Shown: positions 1 through 10,438, numbered from the stretch's first letter. The stretch: 64,000 bases of DNA from Promethearchaeota archaeon (GCA_019057865.1 JAHLWP010000004.1:100045-164044); one strand, 5' to 3'. The notes: generated from the sequence alone by a model not told the origin. Numbers and translations: made by a program.

Positions 1-4
1 AAAG

Positions 5-38
5 TTAAATCGTAAATAATTTAAATCGTAAATAATTT
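5..38 (+). repeat. 16-bp tandem direct repeat (TTAAATCGTAAATAAT x2) upstream of the ORF at 65; possible operator
   Basis: Exact copies at 5-20 and 21-36, plus TT. Confidence 0.8.
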
Positions 39-64
39 CTTTAGTAGAGGGATCCTTTTAAAAC

Positions 65-352
65 ATGGATTTTTTCTTAAAAAACTTGAAGGAAACAATT
101 GATGCTATAAATAAATTAATAGAAAATAACGTAAATATTGTAAACACTAAAAAAATAAGAAGATGTTATAACATTAAATCTTCAAATCGTTCAAAGATTA
201 ATTTTATTTGGAGATCATTGAATTACCTTGAAAAACAAGGAATTTTAGCAATTAATGGTGCCACAAACCCAAAAACTTATAAAATCACTGCAAATGAAAA
301 AATTAATGTTGAAAAGTTCCTTTCCCAGATTGATAAGAATGAAAAAATATAA
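65..352 (+). CDS. Small basic protein, probable winged-helix DNA-binding protein
   Basis: 95 aa; the segment IWRSLNYLEKQGIL...PKTYKI resembles a wHTH recognition helix and wing. Confidence 0.5.
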   Translation: MDFFLKNLKETIDAINKLIENNVNIVNTKKIRRCYNIKSSNRSKINFIWRSLNYLEKQGILAINGATNPKTYKITANEKINVEKFLSQIDKNEKI

Positions 353-376
353 AGTTCCTTCGAATTTTAAAACTCT

Positions 377-3115
377 TTAGATTAATTTCAAATTTTCGAG
401 CAAATCATAATACTTTTTCTTGGATTCTTTATCTTCTGGGTTTTTTATAAGTCTTTTTTGATAAAAGATTATATTTGGATATTTAATTTCTAAGTCATTG
501 AACAATTTAATCCAGCCATAAAAGACTTTCATATGTTCGTAAACTTCAATATCTTCTTCGAAAGATTTAATTTCTTTTTTTTCTTTAACATCTTTTGGTA
601 AACTCTTATATTTTTTAATGCTGAATCCTTGATCTCGTAGTAATTTTATATTCACCCTGCGGATAAACGATTCTAACCCATCTCTCCAAAAAATATATTT
701 TTCATTGAGTCGATCAATAGATTCTTCTACTGCTTTAATCTCCTTTGGATAGATCGTTTCATCCTTTTTAATTAGAATCTTCTTTATTTTTAGAAATTCT
801 AAATCGAATTTTTGAATATATGAATCCACCATCTTTGAAAATTCCTGCAAATTTGTGTTGTAGTCATTAGCAAATAATACTTCATCACTTGAAAATGTTA
901 ACGAATTTTCATCAAAATGTCCCCTCAATTTGCGTCTTTTAACTAAATCATCAAAGATAATCCTTAAAAATTTGATCTCTTCTTCAGATAATTTCTTACC
1001 ATAAAAAAGATCGTGAAAAGAGAAAAGAAAATTATTTTCTAGCATTAAATTCCGAATACCCCTTTCTGTGTAAAAAAGTATCTCATCTTCATTATTATAA
1101 AAAATTCCTTTTAATTTTCCATCTTTAAGTAAATCTTTAATTAATTCATCTATTAAATTTGATGTTATTTCAAAAGTTCCTAAAGAAAGATGATCAACGG
1201 ATCTCGATTTATCGATTAAAGTATATTTGATATCATTTTTAGCAGCCTTAATTTTTAATGGACTAAAAATTATAGTATCTCCTTTCTTTAAATAAGTTAA
1301 CCCTAAATCATTTAAAAATTCGATAAATTTATCATCTTCCATTCCTGTCTTGTCAAGATATTCACTTATTTTTATTTGTTTTTTATATTTGATCTCTTCT
1401 CCAATTAAACGAAGATTTTCGTCAATCTTTGTTAATATATGATTTTCTTCTATGTTCAATTCATTTGCCAATTCAATAATTTGCTCTTTTTTTTCTTCAT
1501 CTTCAGGGACTAAACTAATTTCGTCAATCCGCTCTTTTAAATACTTTGAATAATAAAAAATCTCTTTACTTTTATCCCAAATCCCACTTCTCAAATCAAC
1601 ATTATAATCTAAGATATCCATTAGTAATGTTTTTTTAATCAAAAATTTGTCTGATACCTTATTTATATTAAAAAATCCAACTAACTTTGAATTTTCAATT
1701 TCCGTTTTTATTTTTAACAAGCCTAAGTTAGTTAACCACTGGGTTCCTTTATGAAAGATAGATAAGTATTCTTTTGGTAAATTTTGAATTAATTTGATAA
1801 ATTCTCTATCTAATAATCTCTCTCGATATGATTTTAAATCAATAACAATATTTTTAGCCGCTTCTGAATTAATTTGTTCTTTTATTTTTTTTAATGAGTA
1901 ATAGGCATTTTTACTTTTTCCTAGTAACAGTTGCTTTTTTAAGGATTTAGCTATGGCTTGAATAAGATCGTGCAAAAATTTAGGTGGAAGATAATTATAA
2001 TTTTTTAAATTTACCATTCCATTTATTCGAAAATTGTTTATTAATTGCGATTTCAAATAATTATAAGGATAAAAATTCCCTAGATTTGAATAAAACCCAT
2101 TTATTACTTTCAAGTTAAGCAGTGTTTTTATGAAAATTTTTAATTCTGAATCACTTTCAATTATTTGAGAAAAATTGTTAAATATCTTTTCATGAGATAT
2201 TTTTTTATCTTCTTTGAAAAAATTAAGAAGTTTTTGCTTTTCAATCTCATAAATATAAATTACATCATCCTTTGATTTGACATAGAAATAAAATTTTTCA
2301 TCTTTAAGTGAAGATTTTTTAAAAATATTCATATAATCTCTTAAAGTTATTTCATTGTCCTTAGATATTGCTGTAAAGTTAATCTTTTTCATTAGAAATT
2401 GATTATCTAATAATTTAATTAACTCACTAAGTTTTTGATTTTCTAAATCGTATTCTTCCAGAAATGGATAGAATTTTTTAATAAGATTTGGCAACTCAAC
2501 AAAGATTTCAGAGTTTTTTTCATGAAAATGTGATTTTATCAATGATTTTGAAGCTTTTCTAAACTTATAGAGCTGATCAAAATTTAATTCAATGCAATAA
2601 CTAAGTAATTGCAATAAAGAGATAATATTATCATTGCTTTTTTCAACCATAAGGCTCTCTATAAATAAGTCTTTATTTGAAATGACTATTTCTTTGTCTT
2701 TTTTAACCAATTGTAATAAAAAATAATGAATATTATCTCTAACATCCTTAGATTCATCCAATAAAAATTGAATAAATTCAAGAGAGTATTTATTATAGTA
2801 TTTACTCTTAGCCATAATAGCAAATCCAATTAAAATAATTGAATTTATTTTGAGTTTACTATTATCAGAGTGGAGAAAACTTCCAACTTGTTCAATTAAA
2901 CTTTCAGAAATTAATTCAAAGTTTTTCTCTGCTAAAATACTTAAGATATAAGTTATAGGTATAGCGAGCGACTCTTGATTGATTAATAAGTCTTCTAATT
3001 CATTAATTATTTTTGATACTTTTGTAATCTTATTCTTCTCTAGATATTTATTTAGTCTATCAACAATGAAAATGAGATTATTGTTTTCAAATTCTTCCAG
3101 ATTGAACATATACAA
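377..3115 (-). CDS. Large protein with N-terminal HEAT/ARM-like repeats and C-terminal tandem PCI/winged-helix-like units (PCI/UFL1-like)
   Basis: 912 aa; HEAT-like motifs (FLLDESKDVRDN, FLHSDNSKLK); repeated LI..L...G.L.G.F units (LIKDLLKDGKLKGIF, DDLVKRRKLRGHFDE, TLLNLKVINGFY). Confidence 0.5.
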   Translation of the reverse strand: MYMFNLEEFENNNLIFIVDRLNKYLEKNKITKVSKIINELEDLLINQESLAIPITYILSILAEKNFELISESLIEQVGSFLHSDNSKLKINSIILIGFAIMAKSKYYNKYSLEFIQFLLDESKDVRDNIHYFLLQLVKKDKEIVISNKDLFIESLMVEKSNDNIISLLQLLSYCIELNFDQLYKFRKASKSLIKSHFHEKNSEIFVELPNLIKKFYPFLEEYDLENQKLSELIKLLDNQFLMKKINFTAISKDNEITLRDYMNIFKKSSLKDEKFYFYVKSKDDVIYIYEIEKQKLLNFFKEDKKISHEKIFNNFSQIIESDSELKIFIKTLLNLKVINGFYSNLGNFYPYNYLKSQLINNFRINGMVNLKNYNYLPPKFLHDLIQAIAKSLKKQLLLGKSKNAYYSLKKIKEQINSEAAKNIVIDLKSYRERLLDREFIKLIQNLPKEYLSIFHKGTQWLTNLGLLKIKTEIENSKLVGFFNINKVSDKFLIKKTLLMDILDYNVDLRSGIWDKSKEIFYYSKYLKERIDEISLVPEDEEKKEQIIELANELNIEENHILTKIDENLRLIGEEIKYKKQIKISEYLDKTGMEDDKFIEFLNDLGLTYLKKGDTIIFSPLKIKAAKNDIKYTLIDKSRSVDHLSLGTFEITSNLIDELIKDLLKDGKLKGIFYNNEDEILFYTERGIRNLMLENNFLFSFHDLFYGKKLSEEEIKFLRIIFDDLVKRRKLRGHFDENSLTFSSDEVLFANDYNTNLQEFSKMVDSYIQKFDLEFLKIKKILIKKDETIYPKEIKAVEESIDRLNEKYIFWRDGLESFIRRVNIKLLRDQGFSIKKYKSLPKDVKEKKEIKSFEEDIEVYEHMKVFYGWIKLFNDLEIKYPNIIFYQKRLIKNPEDKESKKKYYDLLENLKLI

Positions 3116-3128
3116 AAATCTTAAATGT

Positions 3129-3887
3129 TTACTGAATTAAGTATTTTTTGAATGGTTGGATTTCTAAAAGATTCTTAATATCTTGAAGAATAATCATTGG
3201 ATTGGATTTCTCTAAGTCATGTTTATTACCATGACCAGTTAGTAAAGCAATACTATTTACTCCTGAATTTTTAGCACATTCAATATCAGGAGGTAAATCT
3301 CCAATATAAAATACATTTTCTTTATTTATTGAAGAAATTTTTACTTCTTTTTTAATTTTCTTCAAAGCTGCAATTATTGGATATGCATTTGGTTTTCTAT
3401 AAGGAGTATCATCTCGAGAAATGAAAACAGAAAAGAATTTATCTAAATTAAGTCTCCTTCTAAAATCATTTAACCTTTCTCCACTTGTATTTGATACAAT
3501 TCCCAGAAGTAAACCTCCTTTTTTAAGTCTAATTAAAACTTTTTCTAAATTTTGTGTTAAAGTTTCATATTTCTCATATTTAGGATAGGATCGTCTAAAC
3601 CTAATAAAAAATAAAATTCTTCTCCATCTACTAGGGATATAAGGCTTATATACTCTGTATGCCTTAAATAATGCTTTAATTCTATTTTTTGAATCGGCTT
3701 CTTCAAAAAGACGAGCTAAATCAATAAGCCTTAAATTTTTTGTATTTTGCCATTTATAAAATTTTTTTCTTAAATACTTTAAAGCGGTATATTCGAGAGC
3801 TTTTTGAGTTATGATTACGCCATCAAAATCAAACAGAAGAATTGGAGGGTGAGACATAATGTGTATTTTAAAAGTGAGATTTAACAC
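3129..3887 (-). CDS. HAD-superfamily hydrolase (phosphoglycolate phosphatase-like)
   Basis: Motif I DFDGVI, motif II VSNT, motif III RKP, motif IV IGDLPPDIECA. Confidence 0.9.
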   Translation of the reverse strand: MLNLTFKIHIMSHPPILLFDFDGVIITQKALEYTALKYLRKKFYKWQNTKNLRLIDLARLFEEADSKNRIKALFKAYRVYKPYIPSRWRRILFFIRFRRSYPKYEKYETLTQNLEKVLIRLKKGGLLLGIVSNTSGERLNDFRRRLNLDKFFSVFISRDDTPYRKPNAYPIIAALKKIKKEVKISSINKENVFYIGDLPPDIECAKNSGVNSIALLTGHGNKHDLEKSNPMIILQDIKNLLEIQPFKKYLIQ

Positions 3888-4036
3888 TTAAATTTAATCA
3901 TTATTATCATATAATAATAAAATTCATTTCTATTTGATAAGAAGAATCATAAAAAAAATAAGAAAAATATAAAAGAAATAAAAAAATAAATTTAATTTAA
4001 TTATTGCGACACCCAGAGATTTCTTGGTATGATAAA

Positions 4037-4705
4037 TCACGAATCTACTTCGTCGGGTTCAACACTAACATGAGATAACAGCCAATCGATGTGTTCTTCT
4101 TTTTTGTTGATATTAAGAACTGTTGGTAAATGAATAACCTCATCTGCTCTTCCTGGTAATAAAGTTAATGAACCTGCTCTCAGTAAAAAGTATTCAAAAA
4201 CATCAGGAATTTCTTTTTTTAGACGTAGGCTTTTTACGGGATATCTTTCAGCAGAGCTAAAAATACCAGATTTGTGGTATATTTCATTCCGTTCTAATTT
4301 CCAATAATCGAATCTAGAGCTAAGAATAACGAATCCTAAAATAATTGCAAGGATTATTGTGGTAGTAAGATAGAATCCTTCAGTTAATCCTAGATTGAAG
4401 TCTCCAAAACTTATATCTACAGCAATATTCGGTAAGACAAAAAATGCCAATACTAAAAGTACAATAACTATTGCCAGAACCATAACAAAGAATTTAGTCG
4501 AAGAAAAGTCAAAAGCGGTTATGAACAGATTTGTGAAAAATACAATCATCCATACTGTCCCTAACCAACCAATAGGTTTGTCACCAAAGAGCTGAATTAA
4601 CCACCAAAAAAAAGAAACTAGAAGTAATGGCCAAAAGAATATGATTTTAGGATAAGATCTTAGATAGATCTCACTTGGGTGTTTAGGTTTTTTTTTTTCA
4701 GACAT
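4037..4705 (-). CDS. Membrane protein (about 4 TM) with a C-terminal bacterial-PH-like domain; paralog of 4923-5606
   Basis: Hydrophobic helices followed by RFDYWKLERNEIYHKSGIF...EIPDVFEY...AGSL, closely matching the neighbouring gene. Confidence 0.7.
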   Translation of the reverse strand: MSEKKKPKHPSEIYLRSYPKIIFFWPLLLVSFFWWLIQLFGDKPIGWLGTVWMIVFFTNLFITAFDFSSTKFFVMVLAIVIVLLVLAFFVLPNIAVDISFGDFNLGLTEGFYLTTTIILAIILGFVILSSRFDYWKLERNEIYHKSGIFSSAERYPVKSLRLKKEIPDVFEYFLLRAGSLTLLPGRADEVIHLPTVLNINKKEEHIDWLLSHVSVEPDEVDS

Positions 4706-4922
4706 AAATTTTCACTATTTTTTTAAAAGTTTTTAATTTAAATAATAGGATTATTAAAATAAAAGATAGATGTGTTATTTAAATATTTTTATCATTTTGA
4801 TTGACTTAAAAATAGTATTGATATCTTAATTACTAAGCTATTTAATCTATAAGTATAAAAAAAAGCATGGATAGTACATATAGTTTGACTTATAAATAGC
4901 TGGATTAGTTATTATAGAAGTC

Positions 4923-5606
4923 TTAATCAACAGCAACTTGGAGATGACTCAAAAGATCATCAATTTGCTCAATTTTTTTCTTTACGTTTAGGACTGTATT
5001 AAGAATAACGATTTTATTCTTCCATATCATACTAATAGTACCTGCTTTTAACATCATATATTCAAATAAATCCGGAATTTCTTTCTTGATCCTTAAACCT
5101 CTAACTGGAAATCGCTCAGTTGTCACAGAAAAAATGCCTTTCTTATGATAAACTTCGTTTCTCTCAATTTTGTAATAATCAAATCTAGTTGTAATAAAAA
5201 TCAGTCCTAAAATCAATCCTAAAATTATGGTCATTATCATATAGAACTCTGCCGGAAGTCCAAGATTAAAATCCTCCCCAAGAACTCCTTCTTGTTCCAA
5301 AGTAGGAATTAAACTAAAAAAAATAACTAACAAAACAACAATAATAGTAATGAGAATTAAAACTAAGACTCTATATGATGGAAAATCTAATACAGTTACA
5401 CTAAAATTTCCAAAAAATATAATTATCCAAATCCCACCAAGCCAAGCGTTTAACTCCTCCTCTAGAAACAGTTGAATTATCCAAAATAGTATCGATAATA
5501 CAAACAAGGGTAAGAAAAATATTCCTTTTGAAAAATTTCTTAAAATTATTACGTCCTTTCCCATTGAACTATTATTCTTTTTGTTAATTTCTTCCATATT
5601 AATCAT
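4923..5606 (-). CDS. Membrane protein, tandem paralog of 4037-4705
   Basis: RFDYYKIERNEVYHKKGIF...EIPDLFEY...AGTI; same topology as its neighbour. Confidence 0.7.
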   Translation of the reverse strand: MINMEEINKKNNSSMGKDVIILRNFSKGIFFLPLFVLSILFWIIQLFLEEELNAWLGGIWIIIFFGNFSVTVLDFPSYRVLVLILITIIVVLLVIFFSLIPTLEQEGVLGEDFNLGLPAEFYMIMTIILGLILGLIFITTRFDYYKIERNEVYHKKGIFSVTTERFPVRGLRIKKEIPDLFEYMMLKAGTISMIWKNKIVILNTVLNVKKKIEQIDDLLSHLQVAVD

Positions 5607-5701
5607 ATTCTAATTAAAATTTTCATATAATGGGGCTTTTATTAATTTTCTATATAACACTTAAATTAAAAAAAATTTCTATTCCCTAATTATAAATATT
5701 T

Positions 5702-6451
5702 TTAATAAAATGATCTAATAGATCTAACCATCCGATAAGAAAGCTCTATTTGTTGGTTTCCATTTTCACTAATACCCATATGACCAGGAAGAAGATATTT
5801 TACATCTAAATTATTTACAAACTTTATTGATTCGATTAATTTATTTAAGGATCCTCCAGGAAAATCATATCTCCCAAAACTCCCACCTGTAAATACTAAA
5901 TCTCCCGGAATCAATATTCTATGATTTGGTTCATAATAACTTATCGAACCAAGAGAATGTCCCGGAGTATAATGAATCTGAAAAGTAAATCCAGGAAAAA
6001 TTTGAACTTCTGTTAAGCCATTAAGGTCAATAATTTCTAATGGTTCTATTTCTATACCAAACATTTCTGGTCCAATTCCCCAATCTCCGGGAAAAATTTT
6101 GGATTCATTACCTCCCTTTAAGATATTAGCAGTATCACCGTAAGCAAAAATCTTAGGAGGATTTTCTTTCATAACCTCCATTATTTTATAGACTCCTAGA
6201 ACATGGTCAACATGTTCATGTGTGAGATATACCTTAGTTATATTATTAGGATCTAAATTTATTTTTTTCATTCCATCAAATAAACCTTTTAGACTTGCCC
6301 CATTGCCTGTATCAAATAGAGCTAGTTCATCAGAATTTTGATCTACAATAATATATTGATTGCAATCTAGCATTTGGTTTTCTGGGAAATAAAATAAATT
6401 ATTAAAGACTTTTCTTCCTTCCTTTATTGTACTAGTTCTAGGTATATACAT
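5702..6451 (-). CDS. Metallo-beta-lactamase fold hydrolase (glyoxalase II-like)
   Basis: THEHVDH, TPGHS, GDLVF, PGH motifs. Confidence 0.9.
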   Translation of the reverse strand: MYIPRTSTIKEGRKVFNNLFYFPENQMLDCNQYIIVDQNSDELALFDTGNGASLKGLFDGMKKINLDPNNITKVYLTHEHVDHVLGVYKIMEVMKENPPKIFAYGDTANILKGGNESKIFPGDWGIGPEMFGIEIEPLEIIDLNGLTEVQIFPGFTFQIHYTPGHSLGSISYYEPNHRILIPGDLVFTGGSFGRYDFPGGSLNKLIESIKFVNNLDVKYLLPGHMGISENGNQQIELSYRMVRSIRSFY

Positions 6452-6564
6452 AAATTCAAACCATTAATTAATAAAAAATTAAAAATCTCCTAACTTTAAT
6501 GTTTTTCTGTTAAAAGATATAATAAAATAATTAAATAAAAATAATCTAAAAATAATTAATAATT

Positions 6565-6945
6565 ATGTCTAAAGAACCCAAAATTGAAGATTTAAAATCC
6601 AAAATAAGTTTTGGTATTAAAATCTGGTTAGAATTCGAGAATAAAAGTATATTGGGTTCGGGATGGGCTAAATTATTAGAAAGAATTGAAAAAAGTAAAG
6701 AAGGGTCATTAACTCAAGCAGCCAAAGAATGTAATTACTCATATAAGTATGCTTGGAATATTCTAAAGAGGATTGAGAAAAGAACAGGTATGAGCCCCGT
6801 TGATACCAGTAAAGGCGGGAGTGGAGGTGGAGGCTATGTAAAAATAAATGTATGGGGTAGATTTCTTTTAAAGTCTTACAATGAATATCTAGAAGAAATT
6901 AGAAAAGCTGAGAAGAGACTTGGTGAATTGATGAAAATCAATTAA
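6565..6945 (+). CDS. ModE N-terminal-type winged-helix transcriptional regulator
   Basis: KIWLE...LGSG..KLLE...GSLTQAAKECNYSYKYAW...GGSGGGG signature. Confidence 0.85.
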   Translation: MSKEPKIEDLKSKISFGIKIWLEFENKSILGSGWAKLLERIEKSKEGSLTQAAKECNYSYKYAWNILKRIEKRTGMSPVDTSKGGSGGGGYVKINVWGRFLLKSYNEYLEEIRKAEKRLGELMKIN

Positions 6946-7032
6946 TAATTACATTTTAATTTTAAAATTGATTATTTCTAACAAAGGATTAGAAATATAA
7001 TACTGTTTTAAAAAATCATTAGATAGAATAGA

Positions 7033-7461
7033 ATGGTAGAAGATAAATTAAATAAATTCGGGGAAATTAAAGTATCTGAAATTATGATTTATAATCCACT
7101 TTATGTAACTCCTGATGAGAAAATCAGTACAACAGAACTTCTAATGTTAAGAAAAAATATTGGAGGTCTTCCCGTTGTAAAAGATACTATAAAAAAACAG
7201 CTAGTTGGAATTATAACACAAAGAGACATCCGATTAGCTAGATTTGCTATGAACCTAGAATCTCCAAATAAAACTGTTAAAGATTTGATGACTCCAGAAC
7301 CATTTGTCGTTAAAAAGGATACCACTATAAAGTACGCTTTAGCGCTTATGTTTGATAAAAAAATTGAACGTTTACCAGTAGTAAATGAGAATAATGAATT
7401 AATTGGATTATTATTACAAACCAATATTCTCAAATCATTATTAGAACATCTAAAACAATAG
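7033..7461 (+). CDS. CBS domain pair protein
   Basis: Two CBS repeats (IGGLPVV...LVGIITQRD; IERLPVV...LIGLL). Confidence 0.9.
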   Translation: MVEDKLNKFGEIKVSEIMIYNPLYVTPDEKISTTELLMLRKNIGGLPVVKDTIKKQLVGIITQRDIRLARFAMNLESPNKTVKDLMTPEPFVVKKDTTIKYALALMFDKKIERLPVVNENNELIGLLLQTNILKSLLEHLKQ

Positions 7462-7614
7462 TTCTATAAAATGAATATAGTAACTCATTTTTTGAAAAAT
7501 TTCTGTGTAAAAAGAAATATAATTAAGAATTTTATTATTATAATATTATATTATCATTAAAGAAGTTTTAATGATTATTAGGAAATTAGAATAGAATAAC
7601 AATTTTGATCTAGG

Positions 7615-9144
7615 ATGGCAATACCTCTACCCGGAACGCCGATAATAATTGACATTGGTTCAGTATATGTAAAAATTGGTTTTGCTGGAGAACCTAGCCC
7701 TAGATTTGTATTCCCATGCATTACTGGAACAGAAAAATATAAAGCTGTACTAGTTGACGTTGGAGCGCGCAGTATATATGTTGGTAATGATGCAGAACGT
7801 ATGCGCGGTGTGTTAAAGATAAAATATCCAATACAGAGAGGCACAATTATGGATTGGAATAGTTATTATGAGATCTTAAATTATATCTTTTACACATTAT
7901 TAAGAATTGACAACCTCTATGATTATCCTGTTTTTTATACTGAAGCGCCATTTGTACAAAAAGAAACTAAGGAATATATTGCAAGAGTTCTATTTGAAAC
8001 GCATAGAGTTAAAAGTTTAATGATGATGTCAACACCATTATTGTCAATATTTAGTGTTGGTCTTACATCAGGTTTGGTTATAGAAAGTGGTGATGGATTA
8101 ACCTGGGTTGTTCCAGTTGTTAATGGAAAAATAGTCCATCAAGCAGTCCAACAGATAAAGCTTGCGGGTATTGATGTTAATCAAAACTTAAAAAATCTAT
8201 TAATGAGGGAAGGGATAAGCATAGCATCTTCGGCAGTCGATGAAATAGTTAGGGAAATTAAGGAAAAAAATTGTTATTTCATTTTAGATCCACAAAAATC
8301 TCCTACTACAAGGGATAAATTAAGTTATTCTATGCCTGATGGGGCGAGTTTAAAAATCCCTAGTCATGTCCTCCATGAAGCTCCTGAAGTTTTATTTAAT
8401 CCTAGTATATTAGGATATGGTAATGTTCAAAGCATTCAAGAAGCTATTATTACTTGTTTAAAAATTATGGATAAACAATATTGGAGTGAACTTTTATCTC
8501 ATATAGTATTTTCAGGAGGAAATCTTTCATATAGTGGTTTTCAAGAAAGATTTGAATCAGAATTAGATAAACTTCTCCCCCAGTTAGGGCGTATTCCTAA
8601 ACCAATTACTCCAATGTCTGCTGTTAAAAGTGAATTAATAAAATTACAAGCAATGGAAATTAAGAAGAAAAAAGAAGATACATGTCCTCAATGTGGAGCT
8701 TATGTGGATTTAAGCACTGGAATAGAATATTGTCCCTCTTGTAACGCTCGAATGGTAGTACCTGAAATAAAAATTGGCCCTGAAGTAGAGAAAGAAAAAA
8801 AATTGAAAAAAGGAATCACGGTTAGATGCCCAAAATGTAAAAAAGAAATAAAAGATCCTTCCTCGGTTTTCTGCCCTTATTGTGGAAGAACCATCGAGGA
8901 ATTAGAGAAAGTTGTTATTCCCGAAAAAGTTAGTAAAAAAACTCCTGCTCAAGAATTTTCTGAATTTTTTGAATCTGCAAATAAACTCCTTAGATTTTTT
9001 GTTCCAGATAATCTTCAATATGCAATTTTTAATGGAGCAGCGATTTTAGGTAGTCTCCCTAGTTTTTTACAACTTTTTATTACTTATGAACAATTCCAAT
9101 CTGATAAAAATTTATTATATCGAGATATCAGCGAAATACTTTAA
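7615..9144 (+). CDS. Actin-related protein (Asgard Arp) with an inserted region carrying four CxxC motifs
   Basis: Actin motifs IDIGSVYVKIGFAGEPSPRFVFP, YPIQRG, TEAP, ESGDGLT, FSGGN, GAAILGSLPSF; insert with CPQC, CPSC, CPKC, CPYC. Confidence 0.92.
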   Translation: MAIPLPGTPIIIDIGSVYVKIGFAGEPSPRFVFPCITGTEKYKAVLVDVGARSIYVGNDAERMRGVLKIKYPIQRGTIMDWNSYYEILNYIFYTLLRIDNLYDYPVFYTEAPFVQKETKEYIARVLFETHRVKSLMMMSTPLLSIFSVGLTSGLVIESGDGLTWVVPVVNGKIVHQAVQQIKLAGIDVNQNLKNLLMREGISIASSAVDEIVREIKEKNCYFILDPQKSPTTRDKLSYSMPDGASLKIPSHVLHEAPEVLFNPSILGYGNVQSIQEAIITCLKIMDKQYWSELLSHIVFSGGNLSYSGFQERFESELDKLLPQLGRIPKPITPMSAVKSELIKLQAMEIKKKKEDTCPQCGAYVDLSTGIEYCPSCNARMVVPEIKIGPEVEKEKKLKKGITVRCPKCKKEIKDPSSVFCPYCGRTIEELEKVVIPEKVSKKTPAQEFSEFFESANKLLRFFVPDNLQYAIFNGAAILGSLPSFLQLFITYEQFQSDKNLLYRDISEIL

Positions 9145-9334
9145 ACTTATAAATAAATTTTCCAGATTTTATATACAAAAAAATTTCTATATATAAATCT
9201 CATCTCAATATTTAATATTCTTTTACGTTGAAATTTTGATATAAAATCAATTAATTATAGTTAATTTTTAATTCCAAGTTAAATTTTAGAAATTAAAATT
9301 TAGTTATTCAGAATCATATTAAGGTTTTCTATAA

Positions 9335-10438
9335 GTGAAGAGTAAATATCTGAACCTAATTGTTATTGTTTTAGTACTCATATTTTTATTAAGTGCAATT
9401 CCTGCGGTTATAGGTAAGTCCCGCGAAAGTTATTTAATTAATTTTATATATAGTAATGAAATTGAAGGTTTTGGATTTTCAAATTCTAAGGATAATGGTG
9501 AAACTGTTTCATATGAAGCTACTGCTTATGCATTGCAAATCTTAGATTCCTCTGGAAAAAACCCTCATGATGCCTCTTTACTTAAGGATAATTTAAAAGA
9601 GAATATAACAGAGATATTTAATGAAGAAGATTTTATTTATGATTTATATTTTCTATTAAAATCACTTGAAATTTTAGAAGATTCACCTGATGCCGATTTA
9701 AAAGATAGGATTTCTGAATATCTTAATCAAACTGAGCAGGATGGAGGGGGTTTTTCTATATCGAATACATCTACTTCGGTCAGTATAAGTTCGACTTATT
9801 TCGTTATTCAAATCTTTTCTTTAATTAATGAATCTGTAAATATTCATAAAAATGAAACTTTACATAAAAATTGGGTATTATCTTGTAATAATACTGGTGG
9901 CGGTTATGGTGGGAATAGCAGCTTATCCTCCACATTGTTAAGTACTTATTATGCTGCTTCAATTTTAACTGATTTAGGATTCAGTCCAGATGATCTAGTT
10001 AATGTTAGTCAGACTCTAGATTATTTTAAATCATTTTATGTAAACAATACGGGTGATATAAATAATTATGGGGGGTATTTACCTGATGATTCAGCTATAT
10101 TTGCTTTACTAAGCAGTACGTTTTATTGTGTTAATAAAATAGATTTAATTGAACCTCAAGACTTAAATAAGGGTCCCACAGTCAATTGGGTAATAGATCA
10201 TCAAAATTTTATAGATGGGGGTTTTGTAGATACCACTTATGGTGATGAAGAAAAATCTTCTTCAATTGTCAGTTCTTATTTTGCTTTTGAAATCTTAAAC
10301 ACATTTAACTCTCTAAGTGTATTAAATGAAGATGTTTGGATGGTAGAGTTTAATTATTGGATTTTAATAGCAGTTTTAGGTAGTATTGGATTCACTATCT
10401 TTCTTATCTATGTTATTTGGCGAAAAAGAAGAGTATAA
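9335..10438 (+). CDS. Secreted, membrane-anchored prenyltransferase/squalene-cyclase-repeat (alpha/alpha toroid) protein
   Basis: Repeated GGF/GGY...STY.A units (QDGGGFS, TGGGYGG, YGGY, DGGFVD); N-terminal signal peptide; C-terminal TM plus RKRR; many N-x-S/T sequons. Confidence 0.75.
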   Translation: MKSKYLNLIVIVLVLIFLLSAIPAVIGKSRESYLINFIYSNEIEGFGFSNSKDNGETVSYEATAYALQILDSSGKNPHDASLLKDNLKENITEIFNEEDFIYDLYFLLKSLEILEDSPDADLKDRISEYLNQTEQDGGGFSISNTSTSVSISSTYFVIQIFSLINESVNIHKNETLHKNWVLSCNNTGGGYGGNSSLSSTLLSTYYAASILTDLGFSPDDLVNVSQTLDYFKSFYVNNTGDINNYGGYLPDDSAIFALLSSTFYCVNKIDLIEPQDLNKGPTVNWVIDHQNFIDGGFVDTTYGDEEKSSSIVSSYFAFEILNTFNSLSVLNEDVWMVEFNYWILIAVLGSIGFTIFLIYVIWRKRRV

